A stretch of DNA of 64,000 bases from the human T2T-CHM13v2.0 reference genome, Homo sapiens, in assembly GCF_009914755.1 (NCBI RefSeq), contig NC_060937.1; one strand, written 5' to 3'. Positions 40,721 through 58,816 of this stretch are shown in pieces; the first letter of the stretch is position 1; every line of letters starts with the position of its first letter. Both the position numbers and the translations under genes were made by a program. Below the pieces are notes generated by a model. It searched no databases. It saw only the letters and a program-made list of their open reading frames with translations, and had not been told where the DNA came from.

Positions 40721-42043
40721 TCCATGTATAGCCCCAATTTGAGACAAGCTACTATCCTTTAAAAGACAGGACTTGCAAGTGATGGGAAAGAATAAAAACC
40801 CTTCCACAGCCATGTCTATACATATTAATTATTATTTTCATCTCTCCCCGATATGTATATGTTAGTTTAATGTGTTGAATAATATAAAACCATTTATTTT
40901 TTTCAAAATTGTAGAATTGAAAGAAAGGGTAATAGGAGGCCATGCTGAAAAAAAAAAAAAGAAAAAGAAAATTTAAAAAACTGCTTTGAAAAGTCCCTAC
41001 GGGAGATGTTTTATATGGTCTCAGCCACCTTTCCCAAAGCTGCCTTTATCACCCTGTATGCTTGTGGAATTCTCATCCATACATCTTTGTTTCCAATGGT
41101 CATGAAGGGCTGTGGCAGAATTGTGGTCCTATGGCTCTCTCTCAAGGTGTCACTCCTCTCCATCTTCATCCCGGCTTATGAGGAACAAACATCGGAGTCT
41201 TAACTCCAGATCCGGGGTAGCAAACTTGCATAGGTCACATCCATCAGTCATTTAAAGGATTATTTATGGTTGGCAGAGAAGAGTAGGGTAACTAAATGGA
41301 GAAGTTTACTATTTAATGAGGAGAACTTATTTGGAAAAGACAGAAGGACTTGTCAATGAAAGCACCAGAGGGTTGGCTATTATGCTTGGCATGGTGAGGG
41401 ACCGTGAGCTGTGTTTTTAGATTGTTACTGGATGAAATCCCTCTCAGAAATAGCCCGAACCATTTAGCTTGCCTAAATGACACAGTTGTTGCTGAAAAGC
41501 CTCACTATGAAAGGACACAGCCATGATGTTAAATTGGGTGTTCGGAGAGGGATGAAAGAAGACACACTTCCATCTATTGGATTAAAGCTAACGGACAGTG
41601 GCTACCCAATGAGGCAGACCCTCGCTAGAGAAACAGCCTGTGCTGGAGTCTTTTAAAAGTCTGCCTTGTTACATGTTGGAGATGCCAACTACTGTCAATG
41701 CATCCTTTAGAGAAGTGTGAATTAATAAGGTCAGGAGATGTTAAATATTCTTAACAGCTTGAATTAGCAGACGATAAACTTTCTCCAAGGTAATTTTGCC
41801 AAATCTAACCATTTTCTTTCTGCTGAAACTGTTCTTGAGTGTTGGCTGCTTGTTTAAGGTTTAACGAAGTTTGAGAGGAAAGAGGACCTGTAACTTTTCA
41901 ATGAAATGTAAAAGATGACAGAGGAGCTTAAACAACGCTTCCAGAAGTCACTTTAGCTTAAATGTAATAAAGTATATCTTTACTGAGAATTTGTTATGCT
42001 GCTCAGTGCATTATGGATCATAAGATTTCCCATATTATTCTTC

Positions 42044-42250
42044 AAGGATCTGCACACTTTTTGTATAAAGGACCAAATAGTACGTATTGTAGACTTTATG
42101 GCCATGTGGTCTCTGATCCAGCTGCTCAACTGGGCCTCTCCAGCAGAAAGCAGCGGTTGACAGTATTTAAACTAATGGGTCAAGTGGTGTTCCAGTAAAC
42201 CGACAAAAACAGGAGGTGGCTGGTTTTGGCTCAAGGGCAACTAAACCTTG
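42044..42250 (+). mobile_element. MER58A-like element
   Basis: gtataaaggaccaaatagtacgtattgtagactttatggccatgtggtctctg...gctgctcaact...acaaaaacaggaggtggct. Confidence 0.65.
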
Positions 42251-42699
42251 ATCTACTCGCACTCAGCTTCTTTCTAATATAGTTGGGGAAGATTTTTTAG
42301 AAAAACGGACGATTTGAAAGGCAACTTGGCTGTTTCGTTTCATAATCTGGCTCGGATCCTAATTTCTACTCTACCAAGTGGTATGATCCCCCATAACAGC
42401 ATCCACTCATTCGTTCATCATTCATTTCTTCATTCCTTATTTGCTCACTCTTATTTCATACAAGCAGTTTACTAAATCAGAACGTCAGTGTAACTTAGGA
42501 GTCTGCATGAATGCAGCATCACAGTCATCATCATGGGTCACCGCTGTGTACCTGCTGGGAGTCGGACTCCACACTCTTCACTGTATACTCACTATCCTTC
42601 TCCTTATAATAACCATTTAGAGTAACTACTCTCATTATGTAGACATTTGTTATTATGTAATTAATATTTGCCATAGCTTTGATTTAATGTTTTTCCAAA

Positions 42700-42870
42700 T
42701 AACATTTATCAGTATTTACTAGGCAATGGGCACTGCGCTAAGCCCTTCACAAGCATCATCTCATTTAATCCTCATAGCACTCGTGTAAAGTTGATTATTG
42801 CCATCATTCCTATTTTACAGCTGAGAAAACAGTTCCCAGGAGGTAGGTTCAAAGTCTCACATCTCATCCC
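42700..42870. mobile_element. MIR
   Basis: catcatctcatttaatcctcatagcac...cctattttacagctgagaaaacag. Confidence 0.7.
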
Positions 42871-44002
42871 TAAGGGTGTCTCTAACCACTACAGGACATG
42901 AGATTTGTACTGATATTGGCCCTGTTCCAAAGTAGTTGTTGGTTCCACTTCTTCCACAATGGCGTGCTGTTTCTGAGGCTTGACTGTCATTAGCATCCAC
43001 CCTCAATTGCACAGGCACATCAGGACGGCACTGTGACATCAGGTGAAAAGAAGGCCTTGGAGAGTTCTAAAATTCAGCTGTGGGCCTTACACTCTGGATT
43101 GCCTTTGGTCGGCTTCCTGAAAAACAACCCAGTTAATTTTGTAGAGTTTCCTGGACTGCAGCCAGTCCCATACCTCTCACCAGCCATCCCACAGACTCGT
43201 TCGTGGCGTAAGGCAGCTGGGTATGAAATGAGGCTGAATCAGTCACAACCTTTGGAAAATCAGCTCAAAGAACAATAAGAAAAGCGATGTCTACAAATGA
43301 AGGATTGTACATTTTCGCTTAAAACAATGTGAAAATGAAAATAAAAAGTCTTTAATAACTTCCTAACAACCTAACGACCTCTGAAACAAATACGCAAAGC
43401 TGACCAGCCCAAATGATTTAAAACGAATATATAATTCCACTGAGCCAACATTCAATACCACACAAATGAAACGAAGGTGATTATTCCAGGAAAATAAACA
43501 GAGATCTATTTGCAACCCTAATTCAATATTTTGAGAGTTGCAATATACTTTTAATACAATTGTGAGGTCCATAAAAAAATTCAGTCCCAGAATTCTGAAT
43601 ATTTTTATTAAAAAATGCAATATCAGATTTTGAATCTTGGAGCTTGAAGAAGCAGAGGGAAACAACTGTTTCTTTGCAAGCAGTTTGTTCACAAGTTTTC
43701 TTCCCTAGATTAACGATTAAATTAGTCTACCACTTCACCTTCCTTTAGGAAGTGGGAAAGGTTAGAGAGTGGCCCAGCAGGTCACTCTGCCTCCATCTCC
43801 AAGGAAGCATCAGACTAGAAGTTTCTCTGTGTAGCGTTCTGCCATGTTTTACTTTCTGGAACTGCTGGTCTCATCCAGTAAACTTATAATAATGGGCATG
43901 GCTATACGCCTGGGGTGATATTTAGTCTTTAAGAATATTCTTTCTCTCATCTTCATGAGCACACCACTTCTTCATTGTGTATCCTTCTGGGACCACTGAT
44001 AA

Positions 44003-44355
<353 letters not shown>

Positions 44356-44859
44356 TAGTCAACAATGTGTTACTTTATCGATCTCCAGGCCACTCTACAT
44401 TCAAGGCTGTGAATTCATTCTATTTCCCATCCCAAACCTTGCCCTGACACATTGTCCAATGTAGTTCATCAGGGATCCTGTAACCAGAATAAATGAAAGT
44501 GTTAAAATAAAACAAAAGAGCAGTTCTAATAATAAAATCCCAATAGCCTCGATATCCCTCCATATTTGACTGGAAGTCTGCTTCCATTATTAAGTTCCCA
44601 GTGAGAAAGGAAAGTTCAAAGATCAATATGCTTTGTAAATTAAAGTCCAGAGATATTCAGTTCCAATGGAATTGAAATCCCAAATCTGATTATCTTGCCT
44701 TTCTGAGTTAAATGTCCAAAATTTCGTATGCATAAGTTAAATTATTGTCCCCAAATCATCCTTTGCATTTTCTTATTTTACTCAGTCTTAGCTAAAGAGG
44801 TTCCAGACATCTTGGTAGAGCTGAGACACTTCAGCATTGTAGTCTGAGCTGTCAATCAT

Positions 44860-45283
44860 TGTATTAGCCTGCTTGGGCTGCCATATCAAAATAACAGACT
44901 AGATGGCTTAAAAAACATTCATTTTTTCACAGTCTGGAGGCTAAAAGTCCAAGATTAAGGCACCAGAAAGCAAGCTGGCATCTAGTGTGTGCTTGCCCCT
45001 CAGTTGTAGAGGTCCACCTTCTCACTGTGTGCTCATATGACCTCGTGGCTTTTCTTTGGTACATACATGCCATGGGAAGTCAAGAAGGAGGTCGGGGGAG
45101 TGCTAGCTTTCTCATGTCTCTTCTTATAAGGACACTAATCCTATTGAATCAGGGCCCCACCCTTATGACCTAATTTAGCCTTAATTACTTCTCAAGGGAT
45201 CTATCTCCAAATCCAGTTACATTGGGGATTTGGAGACTTCAACATATGAATTTTAAGAGGTCACAAGCATTCAGTCCATAACA
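44860..45283 (-). mobile_element. MLT1A/B-like LTR
   Basis: tgtattagcctgcttgggctgccat...tcacagtctggaggctaaaagtccaagat...cttcttataaggacactaatcc...cattcagtccataaca. Confidence 0.8.
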
Positions 45284-48200
45284 CTTATCTCAATAGATGT
45301 GGCTAATCCAGGGCCTCACTTGTCTTAATTCAGTGCCAAGTCTCTCATGATCTTTACATTGAGAGTCCAGTGAATAAATAGCAGGCACAACTATTAGGGC
45401 ACTAATCTCACACACAATTAATTTAGAAATCTGTCTCTAGTCTTCAGAGCAGTGTATTGCCAGCAGAATTATTCTAGAATCTAATACTGTATGCGGCTAA
45501 AGACAATGGTGATTTTATAGTGTATGGACCAAACCAAGACATATTTCATAGTAAAACAAGGAACAATTAATAATTTTACCAGGAATATAGGTATTAAACT
45601 GGGACTGTCCTGACAAAGCAGGACATACAGTCATCCTATCTTTATACTGCTCCATCTTCCCATAAGTCTCATTGGATTTCATCACCAGGATTCTGTATTC
45701 TGTAATTCCCAATAGACTCTAAGCTCCATTAAGGAAGGCCTTCCACTGTATGCCCATCGCCTGGCACTAGTGGGTGACCAACAGGTATTTGTTGAATGGA
45801 CTAACACACAAATGATTAATGTTTTAGTTTTCTGTATAGTTTTATAGTTGAGCTCTAAATTTTGTGTCTTAGGTGTAATGTTTATTGATATCCCATACAA
45901 GACATATCAATAGACCTAAACAGTTGTTATTATCTTACCAGCTTAAAGAGTTTGGTTTAACTATGAGTAAATGTTTCCATTTTAGGGTAGCCATTTACTC
46001 TTTAGAGTGAGATAATGATCCCAGGTTTTGACATTGGGTGGGTTAATAATAGTCTTTCTCCCCAAAAAAGCACCCTGAGTCATTTTCTGAAATATCTACC
46101 CATGTAGTAACTATGAAATGAGGAATAGATTAGTACTTCTGTTTTATCTTTTAAAGGTTACCTTTCATTGTTCTTTCTTAGGTCTTTGAAATGCTTTGTT
46201 AACTGACAGCATTCTTTGTAATATTCCTAAGGTGAAGCATCAATTTATACACGGAAATATGTTTAGGGATAAAAACATCAAATCACAGTAGACACTGTAT
46301 TGGTGATCTCATGTTTAGGTGAGAAGCTATTTTTAACTGAGAAAAATTCAGTTAGAGCTGACCCACTTTACAGTATTTCCACAGAATACTCATGGCATGC
46401 TCTACTACCAACTACATCATTGTGAGACCCTAGCACTTGAACTTGAAAACTTAGTTTTGTGGCAACTTAAGTACTAAATACTTATATTATATGACATAAA
46501 GATGTCCATTTTTATCAGAATCTATTCTGGAATAAAAATAATTTGTTTTATTGTCTAGAAATCCATATTTTTTTAAAAAACACGTCATTTGCTAAAGAAT
46601 GAAAAGGATGATGACAATATTTTTTCAACTTTAAAATAGTATTCTTATAAATATTTTCGCATTTATGACAAAACATCTATTTTTTATAAGTTCCCAACTA
46701 CTGTCTCTACAGTTGTCAAAACTTGGATAACTTTATATTAGAAAGAAACTTTTTATATATTCAAAACAATGAAATTTGCAGAAGAATGAATGCTATTACA
46801 AAGTGTCCTGAAAATTAGCAGTGCGTATAGTGAGGGAATGAGGAAAATACTTTAATAGGAAATATGTGAGCCACCTCAATCACTGATGAATGATGAGAGA
46901 CAGGGGCAATGTGACCTTTTTCCAGCTCTGATCATTATGACACTAAAAATCAGAGTCCCATTCACAAATCAGAATACAACATGTGGCATTCATCAAAATT
47001 ATGTTCTCTGTTTTGAAAGAACTTCTTCTATTAAGTCTCTACAAGGCTAAGAAATATAAGTTAACCATTTATACATTAGATTTGGTAAATCAGTGATTAT
47101 TTAACAATAGAGTAAAACATGAAAATTATACCTATACTTTTTTTTAATTAACGATGACCTACACATTATTTAAAGATTGTCTTTCCTAGAATTACCAAGA
47201 AGAGACTTTAAAGAGGAATCATCACAGGAACTAGTAAAATATCTATTGGTCTTGTCCTAGTGAAAGATACATTTGAGGCAAGTATACACTCAGGTAATCC
47301 ATTTTCTATGCCCAACACACCGCCTGGCTAAGACCAATGTTAATGCCATAATCACCTTCCCACACTTGAATGAAAAACTTCAGCACTGAATTTCATATTT
47401 TATAGTTGGCTTTAGTTCTTTATTGTACTATGGTTATGCTGCCAATAAAGCATACACATTCTGATAACAAGAAATGTTATCACCAGTGTGCTGGGTGTTG
47501 AGAAAATACAGACCTTGATTGAAGGTTCATCTCAAAACAGCTTCTGTGCTCTAGCTGTGTTTCTTGTTTCAGACGCTCATCAGCTTCACAATCCAGGTTA
47601 GGTCCTCTTGGTAAATCTCTCAAGGCGCATGTTCACTTTCAATTTTTACGATCGATGTTATAAAGTAACTTGGAGATGCAATGGTAGCAATGTCTTTTCC
47701 CATTCTGGATCTTTGTCATTGGAATAGAAAATATTTGGAATAAAGATTTGCTCTTCCCACTATCCCATAATATCTTCTCACAATCTTATCTAGATGCAAG
47801 CTGAGTGATATTTACAAGCATCCCATTTTACATTGTGTCCCCTCACCTTTCCCTGGGCCTGGTACAAGGTTACTTCCTCATTAATTATCATTTTGCTCTT
47901 GAAATAATTAATACAGATTTCAACTTATAATTGGAAATTTTCCAGGGAATCCTCTTTTTCTTTTGCTACTCCTAATGGTTATAAAATCTGTGGCATTAAA
48001 CACACACACACACACACACACTCACACACTCTCACACAACCCAAGCATTCTTCAGACCAAATTATTTAAATCAGTGCCTCTCAACCACGGCTGCTCACTA
48101 GACATACCAGGGCATTTTGCAACATGGATGGCGGAGTTGGGCCTGTGCAGTAGGTAAGGTTGTGATAAGACATAGAATATTTCAGATAAACAACAAATGT

Positions 48201-48485
48201 CAAAGACTAAAAAAACAAGATTATGTCTTAAGGATGCCGTGACATTTCCTGGTTGAGAATTTGAAGCATTCCTCACTCCTTTGTCTTTTGTTTCCTTCCA
48301 TCCTTTACTCTCATCTTCTTTCCTTTCTTCCTTCAACAAATATTTATGGATTGTCTGCTACGTACAAGGAATTCTTAACTACAACAGCTAATTGAGTGCC
48401 CTTGCAGTTCTTATAGACTACATTAGGATATTCAAATCCATTATTTTATAAGATACATTTCAATTTTCTATTTGATTTATGTTAA

Positions 48486-48829
<344 letters not shown>

Positions 48830-49730
48830 TGTGGAATATCTTTATATTGGTGATCTGCATTCAAATTATTAAAAAGCATGAAGAAAAAATGAATTCCTTC
48901 ATTTAGTGTACATTTTCATCTTTGTCCCATTATTTAGAAATAAGGGGTATCTAAGCCTAAAACACATACAGAAATACATGCTTTTAACCAATAGACAAGT
49001 ACCTGCTGATGTAGAAATAGGGTGATTTGGTGTGTGAATTTATTAGGCCACTGACTGCCTATGCTATGTATTATCAATTTTTTCTGAAAATGTTATATAC
49101 ATTGACCAAATAACAGATGTTCTTCTGCTCTTCAGCATATCCTAGTGAGACTAATCCTCACCGGTTAAATATATTCATAACTGTAACATCCAGAATGTAG
49201 CACTTATCCAATACAAGTGACTAATATGAGTAGTTTTGCTGTTGGCCAGACACTGTGAAAGCGTGCATTATGTAATCTCATCTGCCTAGCAGTTTGGTGA
49301 GCTACGCTGTGATTCCTGTCAAGATCTCAAGCTCGGTTCACCTGAGTCCATTTTCTTTGCTTTTTGCACCACGGGAAGGTACTCCTTCAGTGTTTACTTT
49401 TGTGCAAACTATACATCAGAAGGAGAAACCATTTTGGTTTTGATGGTAGTCATCCAGGACAGATTTTTTAAGTTTCTCTGAATTATTTTCATGAATGGAC
49501 ATTTATTTATTTTTAACAATTTTAACAGTTTTATTGAAATGTAATTGACCTACCTTCACCTTGTTTTTGGTAAAGAAAAAAATTGTGTTTTTACATAAAC
49601 ATACACCCATGAGCCCAAGATGGTAACATCTATCACCCCCCAAAAATGCTTCCAGCCCTTTTATAGTGTCACTTTCTTACCTGTCACCAAGTTCTCATCC
49701 CCAGACAAGCATTGATATGCTTTTGCCTCC

Positions 49731-50332
49731 TGTATTAGTCCGTTTTCACACTGCTATAAAGAACTACCTGAGACTGGACAATTTGTAAAGAAAGTAAGTT
49801 TAATTGACTCTCAGTTCTGCATGGCTTGGGAGGCCTCAGGAAACTTACAGTCACGGTAGAAGGCAAAGGAGAAGCAGGCATGTCTTATGTGGTGGCAGGA
49901 GACAGAGAGCAAGGGGGGAAGTGCCACACTTAAGCCCTCAGATCTTGTGAGAACTCTCTATCACGAGAACAGCATGGGGGAACATCCACACTTACACCCT
50001 TAGATCTCGTGAGAACTCAACATCAGGGGAACAGCATGGGGAACATCCACACTTACACCATCAGATCTCATGAAAACTCACCATCAGGAGAACAGCGTGG
50101 GGGAACCAGCACACTTACACCATCAGATCTCATGAGAACTCACTATCACAAAAACAGCATGGGGGAACTGCTACACTTACGCTATCAGATCTCATGAGAA
50201 CTCACCATCAGGAGAACAGCACGGGGGAACCACCCCATGATCCAAACACTTTCAACCAGGTCCCTTCCCCAACATGTAGGGATTACAATTCAACATGAGA
50301 TTTGGGTGGGAGCACAGAGCCAAACCATGTCA
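49731..50332 (-). mobile_element. MaLR solo LTR (THE1D/MSTA-like) with an internal 5-copy 61-62-bp array
   Basis: tgtattagtccgttttcacactgctataaag...gagccaaaccatgtca. 5-bp TSD cctcc at 49726-49730 and 50333-50337. Confidence 0.92.
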
Positions 50333-50746
50333 CCTCCTATAAATTAATTTCATTTTCTATTTTTTAAATAAATGGCACCATAAATTGTTTACTCTTGCGT
50401 CTGGTTTCCTTCACTCAGCATCATAATTTTGACATTCATCTATATTGTTATAGTCCGTTCTTTTTTATTGCTGAGTTGTCTTAATTTTGTATATTTACAC
50501 ACCCATTGATAGATATTTGGGTTTTCTCAGTTTTGGGTTATTACAAGTAGAGCTTCTATGAACCACTGATGTACAAGTGTTTATATAGACATGTTCTCAC
50601 TTTTTGAGGGAGTGGGAAAATTATAGGAGTAGAAGGGCTAAGGCATAGCGTTAGTGTATGGTTATGGTTTTTAAAAACTGCCAAACTGTTTTCCAAATTG
50701 GTTGTTCCCTTTTGTCTTCCCGTCTCCTGTCCAACACGTGGTTTGA

Positions 50747-51087
<341 letters not shown>

Positions 51088-52408
51088 TGAAAATCTTTTT
51101 ATGGGCTTATTTGCCATCCTTACATCTTCTTTAGTGAATTTTCTGTTCAGGTATGTTGCATAAATAGTATCATGTTGATTGCTTTTTCGAGTTCTTTATA
51201 TATTCTGAAGACACATGTGTATTGGATATTCAATTGGCAAACGTTTTCTCCAAGTCAGTGTCCTGTCTTCTCCTTGTGAAGAAGACTGTGCAGAATTGGT
51301 ATTAATTTTTTCTTAACTGTTTGATAGAATTTATCAGAGAAGCCACTTGGGTATGAAGATGTCTTATCTGGAAGGTTGTGAACATGAACTCAGTATCTTT
51401 AATTATCTATTTGTAGTTTGTAGTTTCTGAGGAATTGGTCTATTTCATCTTAAGTTGTGAATTTCTGTGAGTGGGTACCAGTACTCCCTTATTATCCTTT
51501 CAGTGTCTGCAGGGTCTCCAGTGACAGCCTCTTCTCTGTTCTCTGTCTTTTTTTCTTTGCCAGTCTTGGTAGAGTTGTATTATGTTATTTATTTATTGAA
51601 AGAAAAAGCTTTTGATGTATTTTCTCTGTTGTTTTCTGTTCAAACAATTAGTAAATCGATTTCATTAATTTCAGCTCTTATCTTATTTCCTTCCTTCTTC
51701 TTCTTCTTAGGTTTATTTAGTTCTTTTCTTTCCTAGTCTAAAAGTAGAAGCTTAGATTAGTGATAGGAAATCTTTCTTCTAATATAAACATTTAATGTAA
51801 ACTTCCCTCTGTTTGTTGAAACAACACAGAGTTGATGGTGTGTTCACCATGGCCTGGAGTCCAGGCAGCTTTGCACCCAGAAGTGGGCATTAATGCAAAC
51901 AGAAACAGCTCCAGGAGAAGCCTCTACTTCAGGCTCAAGGGGAAGGACATGAAACTCCTGACGCTCCCAGTGTATGGGAATACCATTTCTTATTTTCTAC
52001 ATTCTTCCATGCTCCATCTCAAGAAATCCCATAGCAGAGGGCCCAGAGACACCTAACACTCCGCAAGAGTAGAACCTTCCTCTTCCATCAGCAGGGAAAT
52101 GGTCCTAAGAGAGTGGGGTGGACCTCTGGGGCTGTTTTCCTCTTCCAGTGAGCCTGCAGCATGACGCCAGATGTACATGCAGTCTGGATGAGTGCACAGC
52201 AGAGATGGAAAATGAAGCCCAGATTTCAGGCTGGAAGGCAGAAAAGAGGAGAATCTAAAAGTAAGACTGGGAAAAAGAAGACGCTGTGGAAACTGATTCT
52301 CTCTATATATTTTAACAAACTCATAGGCTTGCCTCCAAGCTGCAGTGGCTGGATCTTATATTATTTTACCTACATTCTTTTCAGCTCAATTTATTTATTT
52401 GTTTACAC

Positions 52409-54760
<2,352 letters not shown>

Positions 54761-54826
54761 GATTTATTTATTTTCTATATGAGTTACCTACTGTATGGGT
54801 TTTTTTTTTTAACTATTAAATTGCTC

Positions 54827-55195
54827 CTGGAACACTATGCAGCCATAAAATTGAATGAAATAATGTCCTTTGTGGCAACGTGGATGCAGCTGGAGGTCAT
54901 TATCCTAAGCGAATTCATGCAGGAACAGAAAACCAAATACCATGTGTTACCGCTTATAAGCGGAAGCTAAACATTGAGCACACATGGACATAAATATGGG
55001 AACAACAAGCACCGCAGGCTAGGGACACGGGGCATGAGTGGAAAAACTACCTATCATGTAGTATGCTCACTATCTGAGGGACAGGATCCATACCCCAAAC
55101 CTCAGCATCACACAGTATACCCATGTCACAAACCTGCACATGTACCCTTGTATCTAAAATGAAAGTTAAAATAAAGTAAAATTGAATAAAATAAA
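54827..55195 (+). mobile_element. L1 3' end (L1PB/L1MA-like)
   Basis: ggaacactatgcagccataaaa...tggatgcagctggaggtcattatcctaag...aaacctgcacatgtacccttgtatctaaaatgaaagtt followed by an A-rich tail. Confidence 0.85.
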
Positions 55196-55269
55196 TTGCC
55201 CCTGGGGTGTCTTGTGAGCACCTACAGTTCTTATTATGGAGAACTTTCTGCAATGATGGTTTTGTTTGA

Positions 55270-55588
<319 letters not shown>

Positions 55589-57303
55589 TGAACACTTGTA
55601 TTTCTTAAGATAATTTTTGATAATGTGGATAATATTTTTCTATATGGGTAGCTGTTTTCCTGCTTTGATTATTTAGATTATGTATACCACCTTTTCCTAA
55701 ACAGACATATCTCTGTACAAAAATTAACATAGAGCAGCTGGTATTTCATAAAATGATGATGCTAGACGTGAGTTTTGGATAGGAAGTGGAGGCGAGTCCT
55801 ATATTTGTTTGAATGTGCATGGATTTTAATTAAGTTAAAATTAAGCATACTAGAAATTGTCCAGGAAGCTGATGACTTTTATTCTTTTTCTTAGGAATAT
55901 CTTGGGTTAGGAGCTTTAATGACCACATGGTCAAAAATGCATTTGTTTCTGTAGAGTTCTGAACAGAATTCTGAACATTCTGTGCCCCTCTTCAAAAAAA
56001 AAAAAAAAATGCTTTGGCTCAGGACAAACTGCCACCTTCTTTGTCCACAATAGAATGTAGGAGTTAGCAGGAAATCCTCCATTCTTTTATTGATGATCTA
56101 CCAGTGCTTTAACCCGGAGAACTCTGAGACATGAAAAAAAATTCTTAAGATATTTAAGAATTTATAAATAATGAGCATAGAGGGATACGCTTTTTAAAAA
56201 TTACCTTTCACTTACATTTCTCATATATTATCTCAAGAGTTTTTGCAGCAACCATTACTTGTAAGTACTGTGTGACCATTTATCAGGTCAGGAATGAGGC
56301 TTAAAAAATTAGGATTTTAGCAAATGCCTCTGGCCTTTATTATGTGCTCTTACCATTCAATTTCAGTGATCAGAGAAATTATACATAATATCATACTAAC
56401 AATATTTATCTATTTCAAGCAAACAAAAACGTATTGACAGACTTGAAAGTTATAAGTCATATGTAAACACATATTTTATTTATATATTATAGATAAACAC
56501 ACATACATAGACATATATATGTGAGTCTTATACATTCTGTCCTCAGAATTCTCATACGTTATTTATTCACTTGGTTAAAACTATAAATTCTTCATATGAA
56601 GCTACAGATATACTTTCTCAACATAATTCATTGAAATATTTAAAATTAAGAAGTCATCTCAAATAAAATCTAACAAAGTAAAATACTGCATGGTGCCTTT
56701 ATTCTAGATATTTATTTATTGCCAAAATGTTCTCTGAAGACCTAAAAGCTTGAAAACTCAAAGACACCTCCATGAAAGTTATGCATTAGGGTGAATATTG
56801 AGTCCCACAAACTACCTGATGTTATTCTACATGTTGAGGATACAAAGATGAGTAGGTCATGCTTAAACCCACTATCTCAAGGGAAAGTTGGGGTGACAGA
56901 CACCCCGCACTGTGGTGGGGGTCAGCAGAGCCTAGGAGAATAGCATGATACCTCCAGAGAAAAGAGTACTTAAGTGCTCCCGCAGGGGCCTTGAGCAACG
57001 ATGAGAGATGGACACATCCAAAAATGCAAAAGAGGAGCTCCCAGACTTAGAACTGGACCTGAGCGTAAGGGTAGTTGAGTTTAATATGAAAAAAGGGATG
57101 GGCATGAGCAGCATCTTAAGGTGTACAGGAAAAGATGCCACCATTGCAGTGGCATAAGAACAGGTGGAAAAGACGAGAAAATGAGAGAAAGGTAGAACCT
57201 TTGTATTTTAGGGTATAAAACTTGGACTTTATGCTGTAACTAATAGGCATTGAACATTTCCTGCAATGCTAATAACGTGATTGTATTTTTCTTTAAGCTA
57301 GAT

Positions 57304-57502
57304 CAGGGGTTGGCAAACTTCAGCTGACGGGCCAAATCCACTCAGCAGCCTGTTTTTTAAATAAAGTTTCATTGTTACACGTCCATACCCATTTGTTTTC
57401 ATATCATTTTCAAAGCAGAGTTGAGTGTTGCAATACAGACTGTAGGCCCACAAAGCCTGAAGCAGTTGCTATCTGGCTCTTTAGAGAAAATGCTGACTTC
57501 TG
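57304..57502 (-). mobile_element. MER58A-like element
   Basis: caggggttggcaaactt...gggccaaatcc...gcctgttttttaaataaagtttc...ctatctggctctttagagaaaa. Confidence 0.78.
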
Positions 57503-57518
57503 AGCTGGATTGCTGTGC

Positions 57519-57735
57519 ACAGAGCTTCTCAACTTGGCATTTGATATTTGTGGCCTGATAATTCACCATCGTCGTAGACTGACCAGTGATTTATAGAATA
57601 TTATCAGCATACCTAGTCTCTATTCACTGAATGCAGGAGGAGCATCCCGTTCCCCATCATGAGAACAAAAACCTCTCCAGACACTGCCAGATGCCCTTGA
57701 GGAAGGTAACATCACTCCTCTTTAAGAAACACTTT
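57519..57735. mobile_element. MER20-like element
   Basis: cagagcttctcaacttggca...gcctgataattc...cagcatacctagtctctattcact...aaaacctctccagacactgccagatgccc. Confidence 0.7.
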
Positions 57736-57967
57736 TAGCAGCTAAGTAGAGTTTAGTTTACGATGGTAGCTGAAGTTAAAACAGTGGTAATTTTAATGAA
57801 CTGAAGGGCTAGTTGTGAAAAAATATATTTTGAATCTAAAAATATAACAATTATAAATATGGGGCTTAACAAAGGTGAAAATTGAAGATAACTTCTGAAG
57901 GTCTAGCTTAGGTTACAGGAAGAGTAATGATGCCCTTCACTGAGATAAATAATAATGGAAAAAAGCA

Positions 57968-58231
57968 GGCTAGGTGCAGTGGCTCATGCCTTTAATCCCA
58001 GCACTTTGGGAGACTAAGGCGAGTGGATCACTTGAGACCAGGAGTTCGAGACCAGCCTGGCCAACATGGCAAAACCCCGTCTCTACTAAAAATATGAAAA
58101 TTAGCTGGGCCTGGTGGCCCTCGCCTGTAATCCCAGCTACTTGGAAGGCTGAGGCAGGAGAATCACTTGAACCTGGGAGGCGGAGGTTGCAGTAACTCCA
58201 TCTCAAAAAAGAAAAAGAAAAAGAAAAAAAA
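57968..58231 (+). mobile_element. Alu (AluS) with a deletion near its 3' end
   Basis: ggttgcagta joins directly to actccatctc. aaaaaagcagg flanks both sides. Confidence 0.93.
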
Positions 58232-58361
58232 GCAGGTACCAAGCAGAAGATAATGGGTTTAGCTTTAGATGAAGCGGGTTCAAGGTACCTGTGAGATGCT
58301 AAGGCAGAGGGGCTCTAAGATTATATGCGTATGAATATAAGAATATATATTCACATATCTA

Positions 58362-58816
<455 letters not shown>

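Noticed and set aside
40732-40980. Processed pseudogene 3' end before the A-run
   Set aside because: No TSD or recognisable parent mRNA. It is treated instead as a candidate terminal exon.
49924-50232. CRISPR-like repeat-spacer pattern
   Set aside because: The whole 62-bp unit is repeated and derives from the LTR. There are no unique spacers.
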